From an uncultured Alphaproteobacteria bacterium (GTDB lineage: Bacteria > Pseudomonadota > Alphaproteobacteria > RF32 > CAG-239), in assembly GCA_944392225.1 (NCBI GenBank), contig CALXWB010000002.1, forward strand, positions 10,110 through 74,109: a stretch of DNA of 64,000 nucleotides, in the 5' to 3' direction. The translations under genes and the position numbers were made by a program. The notes beneath the pieces are model-generated. The model ran no database searches. It worked only from the letters and a program-made list of their open reading frames with translations, and was not told where the DNA came from. Position 1 is the first letter of the stretch. The number at the start of each line of letters is the position of its first letter. Of this stretch, positions 1-7,671 are shown in pieces.

Positions 1-313
1 TAATTTGATAAGCAATATGGCCGCCGTTTTGTAAGAGATAATCATTTAGCTCATGCCGCAGATCAAAAGAGCCGATATATTTTTCATTTTCAATCAACCA
101 AAGTGTGGTGTTTGGAACATGTCCTTCAGGTAAATTAATACCTTGTCTTTTATTTTCAACATCATGAAAATATGTATTAAAATTATTTTTTTCGGCATCA
201 ATCATTTTATTGATACAATGAATATCAAATGGTGTAGGATGAGCTTGATATTCTGTAACTGCTTTTTTGACAGAAGTTAAATATTTTGAATGAGGTAAAA
301 CAAGTTTAAGCAT
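1..313 (-). CDS. GNAT-family acetyltransferase, N-terminal part (3' end lies outside the window)
   Basis: Minus-strand ORF is open from ATG (313-311) to the left edge. AGGAG (rc of ctcct, 321-325) sits 7 nt upstream. My translation is MLKLVLPHSKYLTSVKKAVTEYQAHP...TTLWLIENEKYIGSFDLRHELNDYLLQNGGHIAYQI, which is GNAT-like. It is absent from the track because there is no stop in the window. Confidence 0.55.
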   Translation of the reverse strand, partial: MLKLVLPHSKYLTSVKKAVTEYQAHPTPFDIHCINKMIDAEKNNFNTYFHDVENKRQGINLPEGHVPNTTLWLIENEKYIGSFDLRHELNDYLLQNGGHIAYQI

Positions 314-392
314 GGTTTTTCTCCTAACATAAAAATATATTGCCAGATAAAAATAAAAAATCTACTCTAAATTGAAAATAGGGGAGGAAAAA

Positions 393-968
393 ATGATAAT
401 TGCATCAGAAACCATAAAAGGAGCAAGAATAACTTTGCAAAAAGCGGTTAAAAGCTTTTTACAAGCACAAAAGCATAATGATGAAGTGCACAAAAGCTTG
501 CCGGAATTATCACCTTGGCTATGCTGGGCCAAAGAAGAATATAGCATTGAAGATAGTTATGATTATTTGCAAGGCTGTGAAGAAACCTGGAAAAAAGGCA
601 CAGAGTTTAACTATATGATTTTAGATAAAGATAAAAATTTTATGGGAACAATTTCTGCGTTGAACATTAGTGAAAAAGACAAAAGTTTAGAAATCGGCTA
701 TTGGCTATCAACCCCATATACCAACCAGGGCTATATGCAAGAAGCGGTTAAGCTGATGGAAAAAGAGTTTTTTGGGCTGGGAATAAACCGCATCGTTATC
801 AGAACAGATGTTTTGAACAAAAAATCGGCCAACGTGCCGCAAAAACTGGGCTATGTTTTGGAAGGCATACAAAGACAATCTCAATGGAGCGGAGCAGATG
901 AAAAGTTCCGTGATATTAATGTTTTTTCCAAGTTGAGAAGTGAATATGAACAAAATCTGCAAGCCTGA
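393..968 (+). CDS. GNAT-family N-acetyltransferase (RimJ/RimL-like)
   Basis: Track ORF 372..968. ATG 393 follows GGGGAGG (381-387), so it is preferred over TTG 372. Motif IGYWLSTPYTNQGYMQEAVKLMEKEFFGLGINRIVIRTDVLNKKSANVPQKLGYVLEG is typical of RimJ/RimL-type GNATs. Confidence 0.75.
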   Translation: MIIASETIKGARITLQKAVKSFLQAQKHNDEVHKSLPELSPWLCWAKEEYSIEDSYDYLQGCEETWKKGTEFNYMILDKDKNFMGTISALNISEKDKSLEIGYWLSTPYTNQGYMQEAVKLMEKEFFGLGINRIVIRTDVLNKKSANVPQKLGYVLEGIQRQSQWSGADEKFRDINVFSKLRSEYEQNLQA

Positions 969-2070
969 TTATAAAAACGGTTTGGTCAATTTGGCCAATT
1001 CTGTTTTGCAATATTTTGAGTGTCCGATTCACCATTCAACCTTGCCGGCATTAGATGATTTTTTGCAAAAAGATTATCAAACCGTGGTGCTGTTGGTGTT
1101 AGACGGCATGGGCGTGGATATGCTTGAACATAATCTTTCAGAAAAAAGTTTTTTAAGACGGCATATGGTCAGAGAAATTTCTTCTGTTTTTCCGCCCACG
1201 ACTACGGCCGCCACCACCAGCATTTACACGGGACTCACGCCGCAAGAGCATGGCTGGGCCGGCTGGCAGTGCTATTTTAAGGAATATGGCAGAAATATTG
1301 AGCCTTTTTTGCGGCGTGATTATTATACCGGCAAAAGTTTGGATGCAGATGTCGGTAAAGAGTTTTTAAACCACAAAAAACTTTTTGAGCAAATAAGTGA
1401 GCAGGGCAAATATAAAGCCTATGGTGTGGCACGTTTTTTTGGTGGATATAATGTGCAGACCATGAGTGATGTCTGTAATAAAATTGTCGAACTGTCTAAA
1501 GGAGAAGATAAGAAATTTATTTTAGCATATTATAAAGAGCCGGACGCCACCATGCACCGCACCGGCTGTTATAGCGAAAAGACCAAAACCAAAATCAAAT
1601 CTTTAGACCGGCACGTGGAAGCCATGGCGCAGGAGTTGAAAAATGCGCTGTTGATTGTGACGGCTGACCACGGCTTGATTGATATATCTGAAGATGTTCG
1701 GCTGGAAAAAATCAAAGAGATTGATGAGTGTTTGCGTCTGCCGCCCGCCATTGAACCGCGAGCCGTGGCTTTTTATGTCAAAGAAAATAAAAAAGAGCAA
1801 TTTGTCAAAGAGTTCAACAAAAGATTCGGCCAAGATTTTATTTTGCTTTCATCGGAGGAATATTTGCGCCAAGGCTATGCCGGCAAGGGGAAAATGCACG
1901 ATAAATTCAGAGAATTTTTGGGCGATTATATGGCTTTGGCCACGGGGAGCCGGATTTTGCAATACCAAATCGAAGGCGGCATAGATTCGGTTAAGTTTAA
2001 AGCTCATCACGCCGGATTGACCAAAAAAGAGATGATTGTCCCCCTGATAATTTATGATTCTGACAAATAA
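946..2070 (+). CDS. Alkaline-phosphatase-superfamily enzyme (phosphodiesterase/PglZ-like fold)
   Basis: Track ORF 940..2070 (GTG 940, ATG 946). Motifs VLLVLDGMGVDMLE, FPPTTTAATTSIYTGLTPQEHGW and VTADHGL match the metal-ligand/nucleophile pattern of the AP superfamily. It overlaps the 3' end of the upstream GNAT gene. Confidence 0.7.
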   Translation: MNKICKPDYKNGLVNLANSVLQYFECPIHHSTLPALDDFLQKDYQTVVLLVLDGMGVDMLEHNLSEKSFLRRHMVREISSVFPPTTTAATTSIYTGLTPQEHGWAGWQCYFKEYGRNIEPFLRRDYYTGKSLDADVGKEFLNHKKLFEQISEQGKYKAYGVARFFGGYNVQTMSDVCNKIVELSKGEDKKFILAYYKEPDATMHRTGCYSEKTKTKIKSLDRHVEAMAQELKNALLIVTADHGLIDISEDVRLEKIKEIDECLRLPPAIEPRAVAFYVKENKKEQFVKEFNKRFGQDFILLSSEEYLRQGYAGKGKMHDKFREFLGDYMALATGSRILQYQIEGGIDSVKFKAHHAGLTKKEMIVPLIIYDSDK

Positions 2071-2137
2071 TGCTTGATTTTTGTCCAAAATGTGATAAGC
2101 AGAAAATAGAAAAAAATAATTTTTTATATAATTAACT

Positions 2138-2638
2138 ATGGAAGTAAAAATTTCAAATGCGTCAAGCTTGTTCAAAGAGAATGGGCATGACTTAAGAGGA
2201 ATTTGCAATCTCCTCTTTAATGCGGTGCTTACTGAAATTTGCACTGAGGGGCATATTTCTTCAGTAGCAGCCGAAGTAGAAGAAAGTTTGCTCCCGTTGT
2301 ATGTGGAATACTACGATGAAGCAAAAGAAAAACTGGCGGAAGCGGTTCTAGTGTTTGAATGCAATCAAGAGAAAGCGGAAGAACTTATCTCTGTTTTCAA
2401 CAAGGACTATCAAGAGCTTAAGGCCATTGATAAAAAAATTGAGGAAACAGGGTTCTGGACTCTGATGTTTAAAGATTTCAAAAAGTTCAAGACATATTAT
2501 CGTCGCAAGCGCGAGATTTATGTCAAAGAGATTTCTTTAAATGAACTCCTTAATGTTGCATTTTTTAAATTTAGCAAAAAAAATGGAACAAAACAGCAAT
2601 TTATCGACGGTATTCAACGCTTTTTGGCTGGTAAATGA
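2138..2638 (+). CDS. Hypothetical protein (166 aa), no recognisable domain
   Basis: It is the only sizeable ORF in the interval, on the same strand as its neighbours, and is followed by a clean intrinsic terminator. Confidence 0.5.
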   Translation: MEVKISNASSLFKENGHDLRGICNLLFNAVLTEICTEGHISSVAAEVEESLLPLYVEYYDEAKEKLAEAVLVFECNQEKAEELISVFNKDYQELKAIDKKIEETGFWTLMFKDFKKFKTYYRRKREIYVKEISLNELLNVAFFKFSKKNGTKQQFIDGIQRFLAGK

Positions 2639-2645
2639 TTCATGA

Positions 2646-2685
2646 AAAGACAGAACGTAAAAAGAAACGTTTCTGTCTTTTTTTA
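2646..2685 (+). terminator. Rho-independent terminator
   Basis: aaagacagaa (2646-2655) pairs with ttctgtcttt (2671-2680) and is followed by a T-run. Confidence 0.6.
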
Positions 2686-2753
2686 TATATTTGACAATGA
2701 TCAATAATTAATTAAAATAAAACCAGCTTGATGATTATGTGCAGGATAAAAAA

Positions 2754-3923
2754 ATGAGTATTGCAAAAAAATTGGAGCTTTGGACATCAGCTGATTTAAT
2801 ATCGGCAGAGCAGGCAAAAAAAATATCAGAATATGAAAAAGCAAATCGCAAACCGATGTTGACCATACATTTGCTCGCTTTAGCTTTTTTTTGCATCGGC
2901 TTGGGTTTTATATCTATCATCTCAGCCAACTGGCAAGTTATCCCCGGTTGGGTCAAGCTCGGGGCAGATTTTTTGATATTGATGGCCACGGCTGTTGCCG
3001 TTTTCAAGACCAAACAACAAGAAAAAGACAACTGGTTTGAAGGCTTGCTGATTTTTTATGCCGTGATGATATTGGCAAGCATCGGCTTGATTGCGCAAAT
3101 ATATCAGCTCCAGCCTTATGGCCTGAGAGCTTATTTATTATGGAGCATTTTAACGCTGCCGTTGGTCGTCATCAGCCGCAAAATTGTTCTGCCTTTAGTT
3201 TGGCTCCCGGTTTTTACCACATCTTCCATAGATACATTATCGCAAATACCTTTCTTTCAAAACTTGCTGGATATCATTGAACACACTTTCCCGTTTGCCA
3301 TATCTGTCTGCGGCATCTTGGTATTGGCCTATATATACAGATTTATGTCCTATTATTTCCGCACACGCTTGGCTCCGCAAATCAAAGCCATGAAATTTTG
3401 GCTCGGTTTTGATATTGTATCCTTGGTTGTGTTGATGGATTTTGGCGCCAGTAATATGTTTAGCGTCATATTTTATGAAGACATATTGAACGGTGATAAT
3501 TATATGTCGGTGCTGGTCGTCAGCTGCCTGATATTGGCCAATGTTTTCTTTGGTTATTTTAGTTATAAATATAACTATTCACGTTTGTTAACATGTGCTT
3601 TGGCCATTTTGTTGGGCTTTTCCATCATCTATATGGTTTTGCCGGATAATAAAATTATTCTGAACCTTTGGGGCTTTTTGTTGACCATGTCAATTTTGAT
3701 AACGGTTGCGGCTTATGCCTTGATAAAAAACAAAGAAAAATTATTGAACACGGCAACGGCTTGCATAGCGGCCAGAATTTTCTTTGTTTATCTTCAGGTT
3801 TTTGGTAGTTTGTTAACCACGGGGCTTGGCCTGATTATTTCCGGCTGCGTATTTTTGGCCTTAATATACATCTGGAAAAAATGGAGTTTGAGTAAATTTA
3901 TTATGGTAAAGGAGGGCAAATAA
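2754..3923 (+). CDS. Polytopic membrane protein, DUF2157-like
   Basis: Track ORF 2739..3923 (GTG 2739, ATG 2754). The N-terminal soluble motif LWTSADLISAEQAKKISEYE is followed by about 10 hydrophobic helices. It is paired with a GDYXXLXY-type gene, as DUF2157 genes usually are. Confidence 0.6.
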   Translation: MSIAKKLELWTSADLISAEQAKKISEYEKANRKPMLTIHLLALAFFCIGLGFISIISANWQVIPGWVKLGADFLILMATAVAVFKTKQQEKDNWFEGLLIFYAVMILASIGLIAQIYQLQPYGLRAYLLWSILTLPLVVISRKIVLPLVWLPVFTTSSIDTLSQIPFFQNLLDIIEHTFPFAISVCGILVLAYIYRFMSYYFRTRLAPQIKAMKFWLGFDIVSLVVLMDFGASNMFSVIFYEDILNGDNYMSVLVVSCLILANVFFGYFSYKYNYSRLLTCALAILLGFSIIYMVLPDNKIILNLWGFLLTMSILITVAAYALIKNKEKLLNTATACIAARIFFVYLQVFGSLLTTGLGLIISGCVFLALIYIWKKWSLSKFIMVKEGK

Positions 3924-4333
3924 TGTCAAAAAAAGTTTGGTTGTTTTTGTCTTTAGCTTTTCCGATTATATTTTTGGCGGCCTGGACCTTTATAACGGAG
4001 CAAAATATCCAAAATGCCAAAGAGATTATCATTCGGGCAGAGGGCTATGATCCGCGCAACCTGATATCGGGGCATTATCTCAATTTAAGGCTCAATTGGC
4101 AAGAAACGGATTGCACGCAGTTTTCAGACAACTTATGTCATCCCAACCGTTTTGAAAGTATCTATCAATATTACATTCCGGAAACAGATGCTCCAAAGCT
4201 AAATCAACTGGCCGGCAATAACAAGACAAAAATTGAGCTGGTTTTTGCATATCCCGAAAACAAAAATCCATATTTGAAAGATATGCTGATTAACGGCAAA
4301 AACTGGAAAGAATTGCTGAAAGAAGATAAATAA
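3923..4333 (+). CDS. GDYXXLXY-domain-like membrane-anchored protein
   Basis: There is one N-terminal TM helix, then EGYDPRNLISGHYLNLRLNW, a divergent version of the GDYxxLxY motif. The start overlaps the upstream stop (TAATG at 3921-3925). Confidence 0.55.
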   Translation: MSKKVWLFLSLAFPIIFLAAWTFITEQNIQNAKEIIIRAEGYDPRNLISGHYLNLRLNWQETDCTQFSDNLCHPNRFESIYQYYIPETDAPKLNQLAGNNKTKIELVFAYPENKNPYLKDMLINGKNWKELLKEDK

Positions 4334-4336
4334 AAG

Positions 4337-5377
4337 TTATTTTCTTTTTGGTGGTCTGATATAATTTTCAATCATTTTGTTCATCAGAACATCATATTCC
4401 GCATCGGAGATTTTGGCATCTGCGTTTGTATCAATCTGGTCAAAAACTTGCTCGGCAATTCTTTGCGCTTCAAGAGTTTTATAAGTCACAAACTCATCCC
4501 TTGAAACAATGCCATCATGATTGATATCCATTTCGTCATATTTTTTCTTCATCATCATTTTGGCACGTTGTTCGGGAGAAATGCGGATTCCTCTATCAAT
4601 CATGTTGGTGGCAAGCCCGTCATCTTGGAGTAAGGCGGCCGGAAGCGGAGCCTTATCATCAAGAGAAAAAGCATTTTTCTTTTTAGGCTTCGGGGCTGGT
4701 TGTTGAGGCTTTGGCTCTTCAACCGGCTGTCTTGGAAAACTCATTTTCGGGAGCTCTATTTGCTCCTGAATGGTTGGCTCCTTGGGTTGTTCTTTTTCAA
4801 GCGGAATTTCTTTAATTTCGGGCTCTGTTTTTTGCAAAGGCAAGTTTTCTTTGGGCATGTTTTCCTCAGGCAAAAGATCTTGTTTGGGCTGTGGCATGGT
4901 TTGCTGAGGAGCCGGTGCTTCAGCCTTAATTTCTTTTGCTGGATTAATCATTTCTGTTTTATCTTCTGGAACAAGAGAAGAACCGACTTGGCTGGTTTTG
5001 TCTTTATCTTCGGGCAGAGCTTCTTGCGGCGCAGTTTGCGGTTTTGCCGGCAAAGCAGCTGCAGCAGGCAAATTTGTGTTTTGTTGCGGTAAAGTTTCTG
5101 CAGCAGAAGGTATATTTTTTGTTTCCGCAGTTTGAGCCGGAGAGATTTGTGCTTTAGGGGCAGGAGAAGCCGCGGGCAAAGCCGGTTCATCTTCCAGCAA
5201 AGGAGCTGCAGGAATATTGCTGAGCTCATCCAAGAGGTCTTCGGAGAAGAAAATGGTTTGCACGTCTTCTTCGGTAATTGGAGCTTTGCCCTTGGATAGG
5301 GAAGTATCTACCGTTTGGGCAGAAAGACTTGTTGAGCAAAGTAAGGCCAGGCTGAATAGACATACAAATTTTTTCAT
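4337..5377 (-). CDS. Secreted proline-rich protein with two C-terminal EF-hand Ca-binding loops
   Basis: Track ORF 4337..5398. ATG 5377 (MKKFVCLFSLALLCSTSLSAQ signal peptide) is preceded by GGAGAA. There is a long P/E/K/Q-rich low-complexity region, then DINHDGIVSRDEF and DTNADAKISDAEY (canonical DxNxDGxIxxxE-type loops). Confidence 0.7.
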   Translation of the reverse strand: MKKFVCLFSLALLCSTSLSAQTVDTSLSKGKAPITEEDVQTIFFSEDLLDELSNIPAAPLLEDEPALPAASPAPKAQISPAQTAETKNIPSAAETLPQQNTNLPAAAALPAKPQTAPQEALPEDKDKTSQVGSSLVPEDKTEMINPAKEIKAEAPAPQQTMPQPKQDLLPEENMPKENLPLQKTEPEIKEIPLEKEQPKEPTIQEQIELPKMSFPRQPVEEPKPQQPAPKPKKKNAFSLDDKAPLPAALLQDDGLATNMIDRGIRISPEQRAKMMMKKKYDEMDINHDGIVSRDEFVTYKTLEAQRIAEQVFDQIDTNADAKISDAEYDVLMNKMIENYIRPPKRK

Positions 5378-5443
5378 ATAAGTTCTCCAATAATTCACAA
5401 AGAGAGTTTAAGTTAAATAATATGAGCTGTCAAAAAAAATAAT

Positions 5444-5475
5444 AAAAAAAGCCCCAAAGAAAAGACTTTGGGGCT
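5444..5475 (-). terminator. Rho-independent terminator of proS
   Basis: On the minus strand, GCCCCAAAG-loop-CTTTGGGGC (5451-5475) is followed by TTTTTTT (A-run 5444-5450 on +). Confidence 0.7.
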
Positions 5476-5494
5476 GGGGTGTGTTCAAAGTTTT

Positions 5495-7012
5495 TTAATA
5501 AGAACGAGCATAAATCACATCGATTGTTGCCGGTTTGCCGGTCAGCAGGCACACACCTTCGGTGCCGCTTTGGTCAAGAGGCAGACAGCGAATGTTGATT
5601 TTCATGGATTTCAAAATTTCTTCGCTTTTTTCATCGCCGCTCCATTTACCACGAACAAAAGCCACTTTTTGTTTGGCATCGCCTTCAACCCAAGCATTGG
5701 CATTGTCAAAATAAGCTTTGAACTCTTCAGGCGTTTTGATATCGGTGCGAATATTGTCTTCCATGCGTTTTTTAGCTTTTTCAAACATAGTTTTTTGGAT
5801 GTTTTCCAAGCGTTCGGCAATAGAGGCAACAAAATTGTCTTTGGCAATAACTTCTTTGCCTTCCGATGTGCCGAGTTTGAGGCGTTCTTTAACCATGAGG
5901 TTGTTGGCTTCCACATCGCGCATACCGATTTCGCAAATGACTGGGGCACCTTTTTTGGTCCACTCCCAGAATTTATCAACGGATTTACGATCGCGTTTAT
6001 CAACTTTGATTCTGATTTTTTCGGCAAAAGGCGCTTTGGTCTTGAGCTCTTTAACCAAAGAGTCGATATAAGCCATAATTTGGGCGGTATCATTTTCGTT
6101 TTTGATAACGGGGATAATAACCACCTGATAAGGAGCAATTCTAGGCGGAACGACCATACCTTCGTCATCGGCATGGGTCATAATCACGCCGCCGATAAGA
6201 CGGGTGGAAACACCCCAAGAAGAAGTATAGGCAAACTCAGGTTGGTTGTTGGCATTGATGAACGATATGTTGGCAGACTTGGCAAAGTTTTGACCGAGGA
6301 AGTGAGATGTTCCGGCCTGCAAAGCTTTACCGTCTTGCATCATGGCTTCCACGCAGTAGGTGTCAACGGCGCCGGGGAACTTGTCAAATTCGGGCTTTTT
6401 ACCCATGATAACAGGCATGGCCAAAGTATCTTCGCAAAGTTCGCGATAAGCGTGCAGCATGCGGATGGTTTCTTCTTCAGCCTCTTGAGCTGTGGCATGA
6501 GCGGTATGTCCTTCTTGCCAGAGAAATTCACGTGTTCTCAAAAAGAGGCGGGGACGCATTTCCCAACGCACCACATTGGCCCATTGATTGACCAAGATTG
6601 GCAAATCGCGGTAAGATTTGACCCATTTGGAAAACGAGTCGGCAATAATGGCTTCACTGGTTGGACGGACGATGAGCGGTTCGTCGAGTTCGGAAGAGGG
6701 GACGAGTTTGCCGTCTTTCATGGCCAAACGAGAGTGCGTGACCACGGCCATTTCTTTGGCAAAACCGTCAACATGTTCAGCTTCTTTTTGGAAGAAGGAA
6801 AGCGGAATAAACATCGGAAAATAGCAATTTTCGTGGTCGGTTTCTTTAATTTTTTCATCAAAGACATCGCGGATTCTTTCCCAGATTCCATAACCCCAAG
6901 GTTTGATGACCATACATCCCGGACTGGAGGAGTTTTCGGCCATATCGGCTTCGGCCACAACATTTTGATACCATTCGGGATAATTTCCGTTTCTAACATT
7001 TTTGAGTGTCAT
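5495..7012 (-). CDS. proS: Prolyl-tRNA synthetase, archaeal/eukaryote-like type
   Basis: 505 aa. The N-terminus is YPEWYQNVVAEADMAENSSSPGCMVIKPWGYGIWERI, class II motifs are present, and the C-terminal extra domain ends in ...IDVIYARSY (terminal Tyr). Confidence 0.95.
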   Translation of the reverse strand: MTLKNVRNGNYPEWYQNVVAEADMAENSSSPGCMVIKPWGYGIWERIRDVFDEKIKETDHENCYFPMFIPLSFFQKEAEHVDGFAKEMAVVTHSRLAMKDGKLVPSSELDEPLIVRPTSEAIIADSFSKWVKSYRDLPILVNQWANVVRWEMRPRLFLRTREFLWQEGHTAHATAQEAEEETIRMLHAYRELCEDTLAMPVIMGKKPEFDKFPGAVDTYCVEAMMQDGKALQAGTSHFLGQNFAKSANISFINANNQPEFAYTSSWGVSTRLIGGVIMTHADDEGMVVPPRIAPYQVVIIPVIKNENDTAQIMAYIDSLVKELKTKAPFAEKIRIKVDKRDRKSVDKFWEWTKKGAPVICEIGMRDVEANNLMVKERLKLGTSEGKEVIAKDNFVASIAERLENIQKTMFEKAKKRMEDNIRTDIKTPEEFKAYFDNANAWVEGDAKQKVAFVRGKWSGDEKSEEILKSMKINIRCLPLDQSGTEGVCLLTGKPATIDVIYARSY

Positions 7013-7291
7013 AAGTTTATTCCTTAAAAAAGTTTAATATCGCAATTAAAAGCCCGTTCCCCCAATGGAACAAGCGTAAGCGAGCATAACAGAGATAAAA
7101 TGTAAAGTAAACTTAAAAATAATGATTAAAATTAACTTGCAAAATAAAATAGGAAAGCTAGACTCATACATGTAACTTCGTTTGGCGGAAAAAGTTTACG
7201 TCCATAACAAATAAAAGTTTGTCTTGGCCAGCAAATAAAACCACAAAGGACAGTTATATGGATTAACCTGTTTTTGCAAAGGATAAAAGAT

Positions 7292-7495
7292 ATGGCAACA
7301 GGAACTGTAAAATGGTTTAACAACAAGAAGGGCTATGGTTTTATTTGCCCTGATGAAGGCGGAAAAGATGTTTTTGTTCACATCACAGCCGTTCAAAAAG
7401 CCGGGATGAAAACATTAAAGGATAATGAAAAAATTTCATATGACCTGATGGAAGAAAAAGGAAAAACCGTTGCCGGAAATTTGAAATTGCTCTAG
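7292..7495 (+). CDS. cspA: Cold-shock protein (CspA family)
   Basis: MATGTVKWFNNKKGYGFICPDEGGKDVFVHITAV carries RNP1/RNP2 motifs. ATG 7292 is preferred over the TTG 7274 used by the track. Confidence 0.95.
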   Translation: MATGTVKWFNNKKGYGFICPDEGGKDVFVHITAVQKAGMKTLKDNEKISYDLMEEKGKTVAGNLKLL

Positions 7496-7548
7496 TCCGA
7501 AAGCAAAAACATAAATCGGCATAATATTTTTGAGTCGCTATGCAAGAA

Positions 7549-7583
7549 AACACCTCTGATATAAAATGCGGGGGTGTTTTTTT
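7549..7583 (+). terminator. Rho-independent terminator after cspA
   Basis: cacctc (7551-7556) pairs with ggggtg (7571-7576) and is followed by TTTTTTT. Confidence 0.6.
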
Positions 7584-7671
7584 ATAGAAAAATATATAAA
7601 AAACTTGATTAAAAGTTGAAAAACGGCTATCGTATCAAAATAAAAAGAAGGCAAAAAGGAGCTTGAGTTTA

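Noticed and set aside
5468-7027. 519-aa plus-strand ORF covering the whole of proS on the opposite strand. It is tempting as a sense/antisense aaRS-type overlap.
   Set aside because: The ORF is codon-aligned with proS: both codon series start at coordinates congruent to 2 mod 3. Its stop codons would therefore correspond to sense codons TTA, CTA and TCA. The gene simply avoids those codons, since this genome visibly prefers TTG/CTG/CTT for Leu. The translated product is F/G/H/N-rich with no protein-like features and has no RBS.
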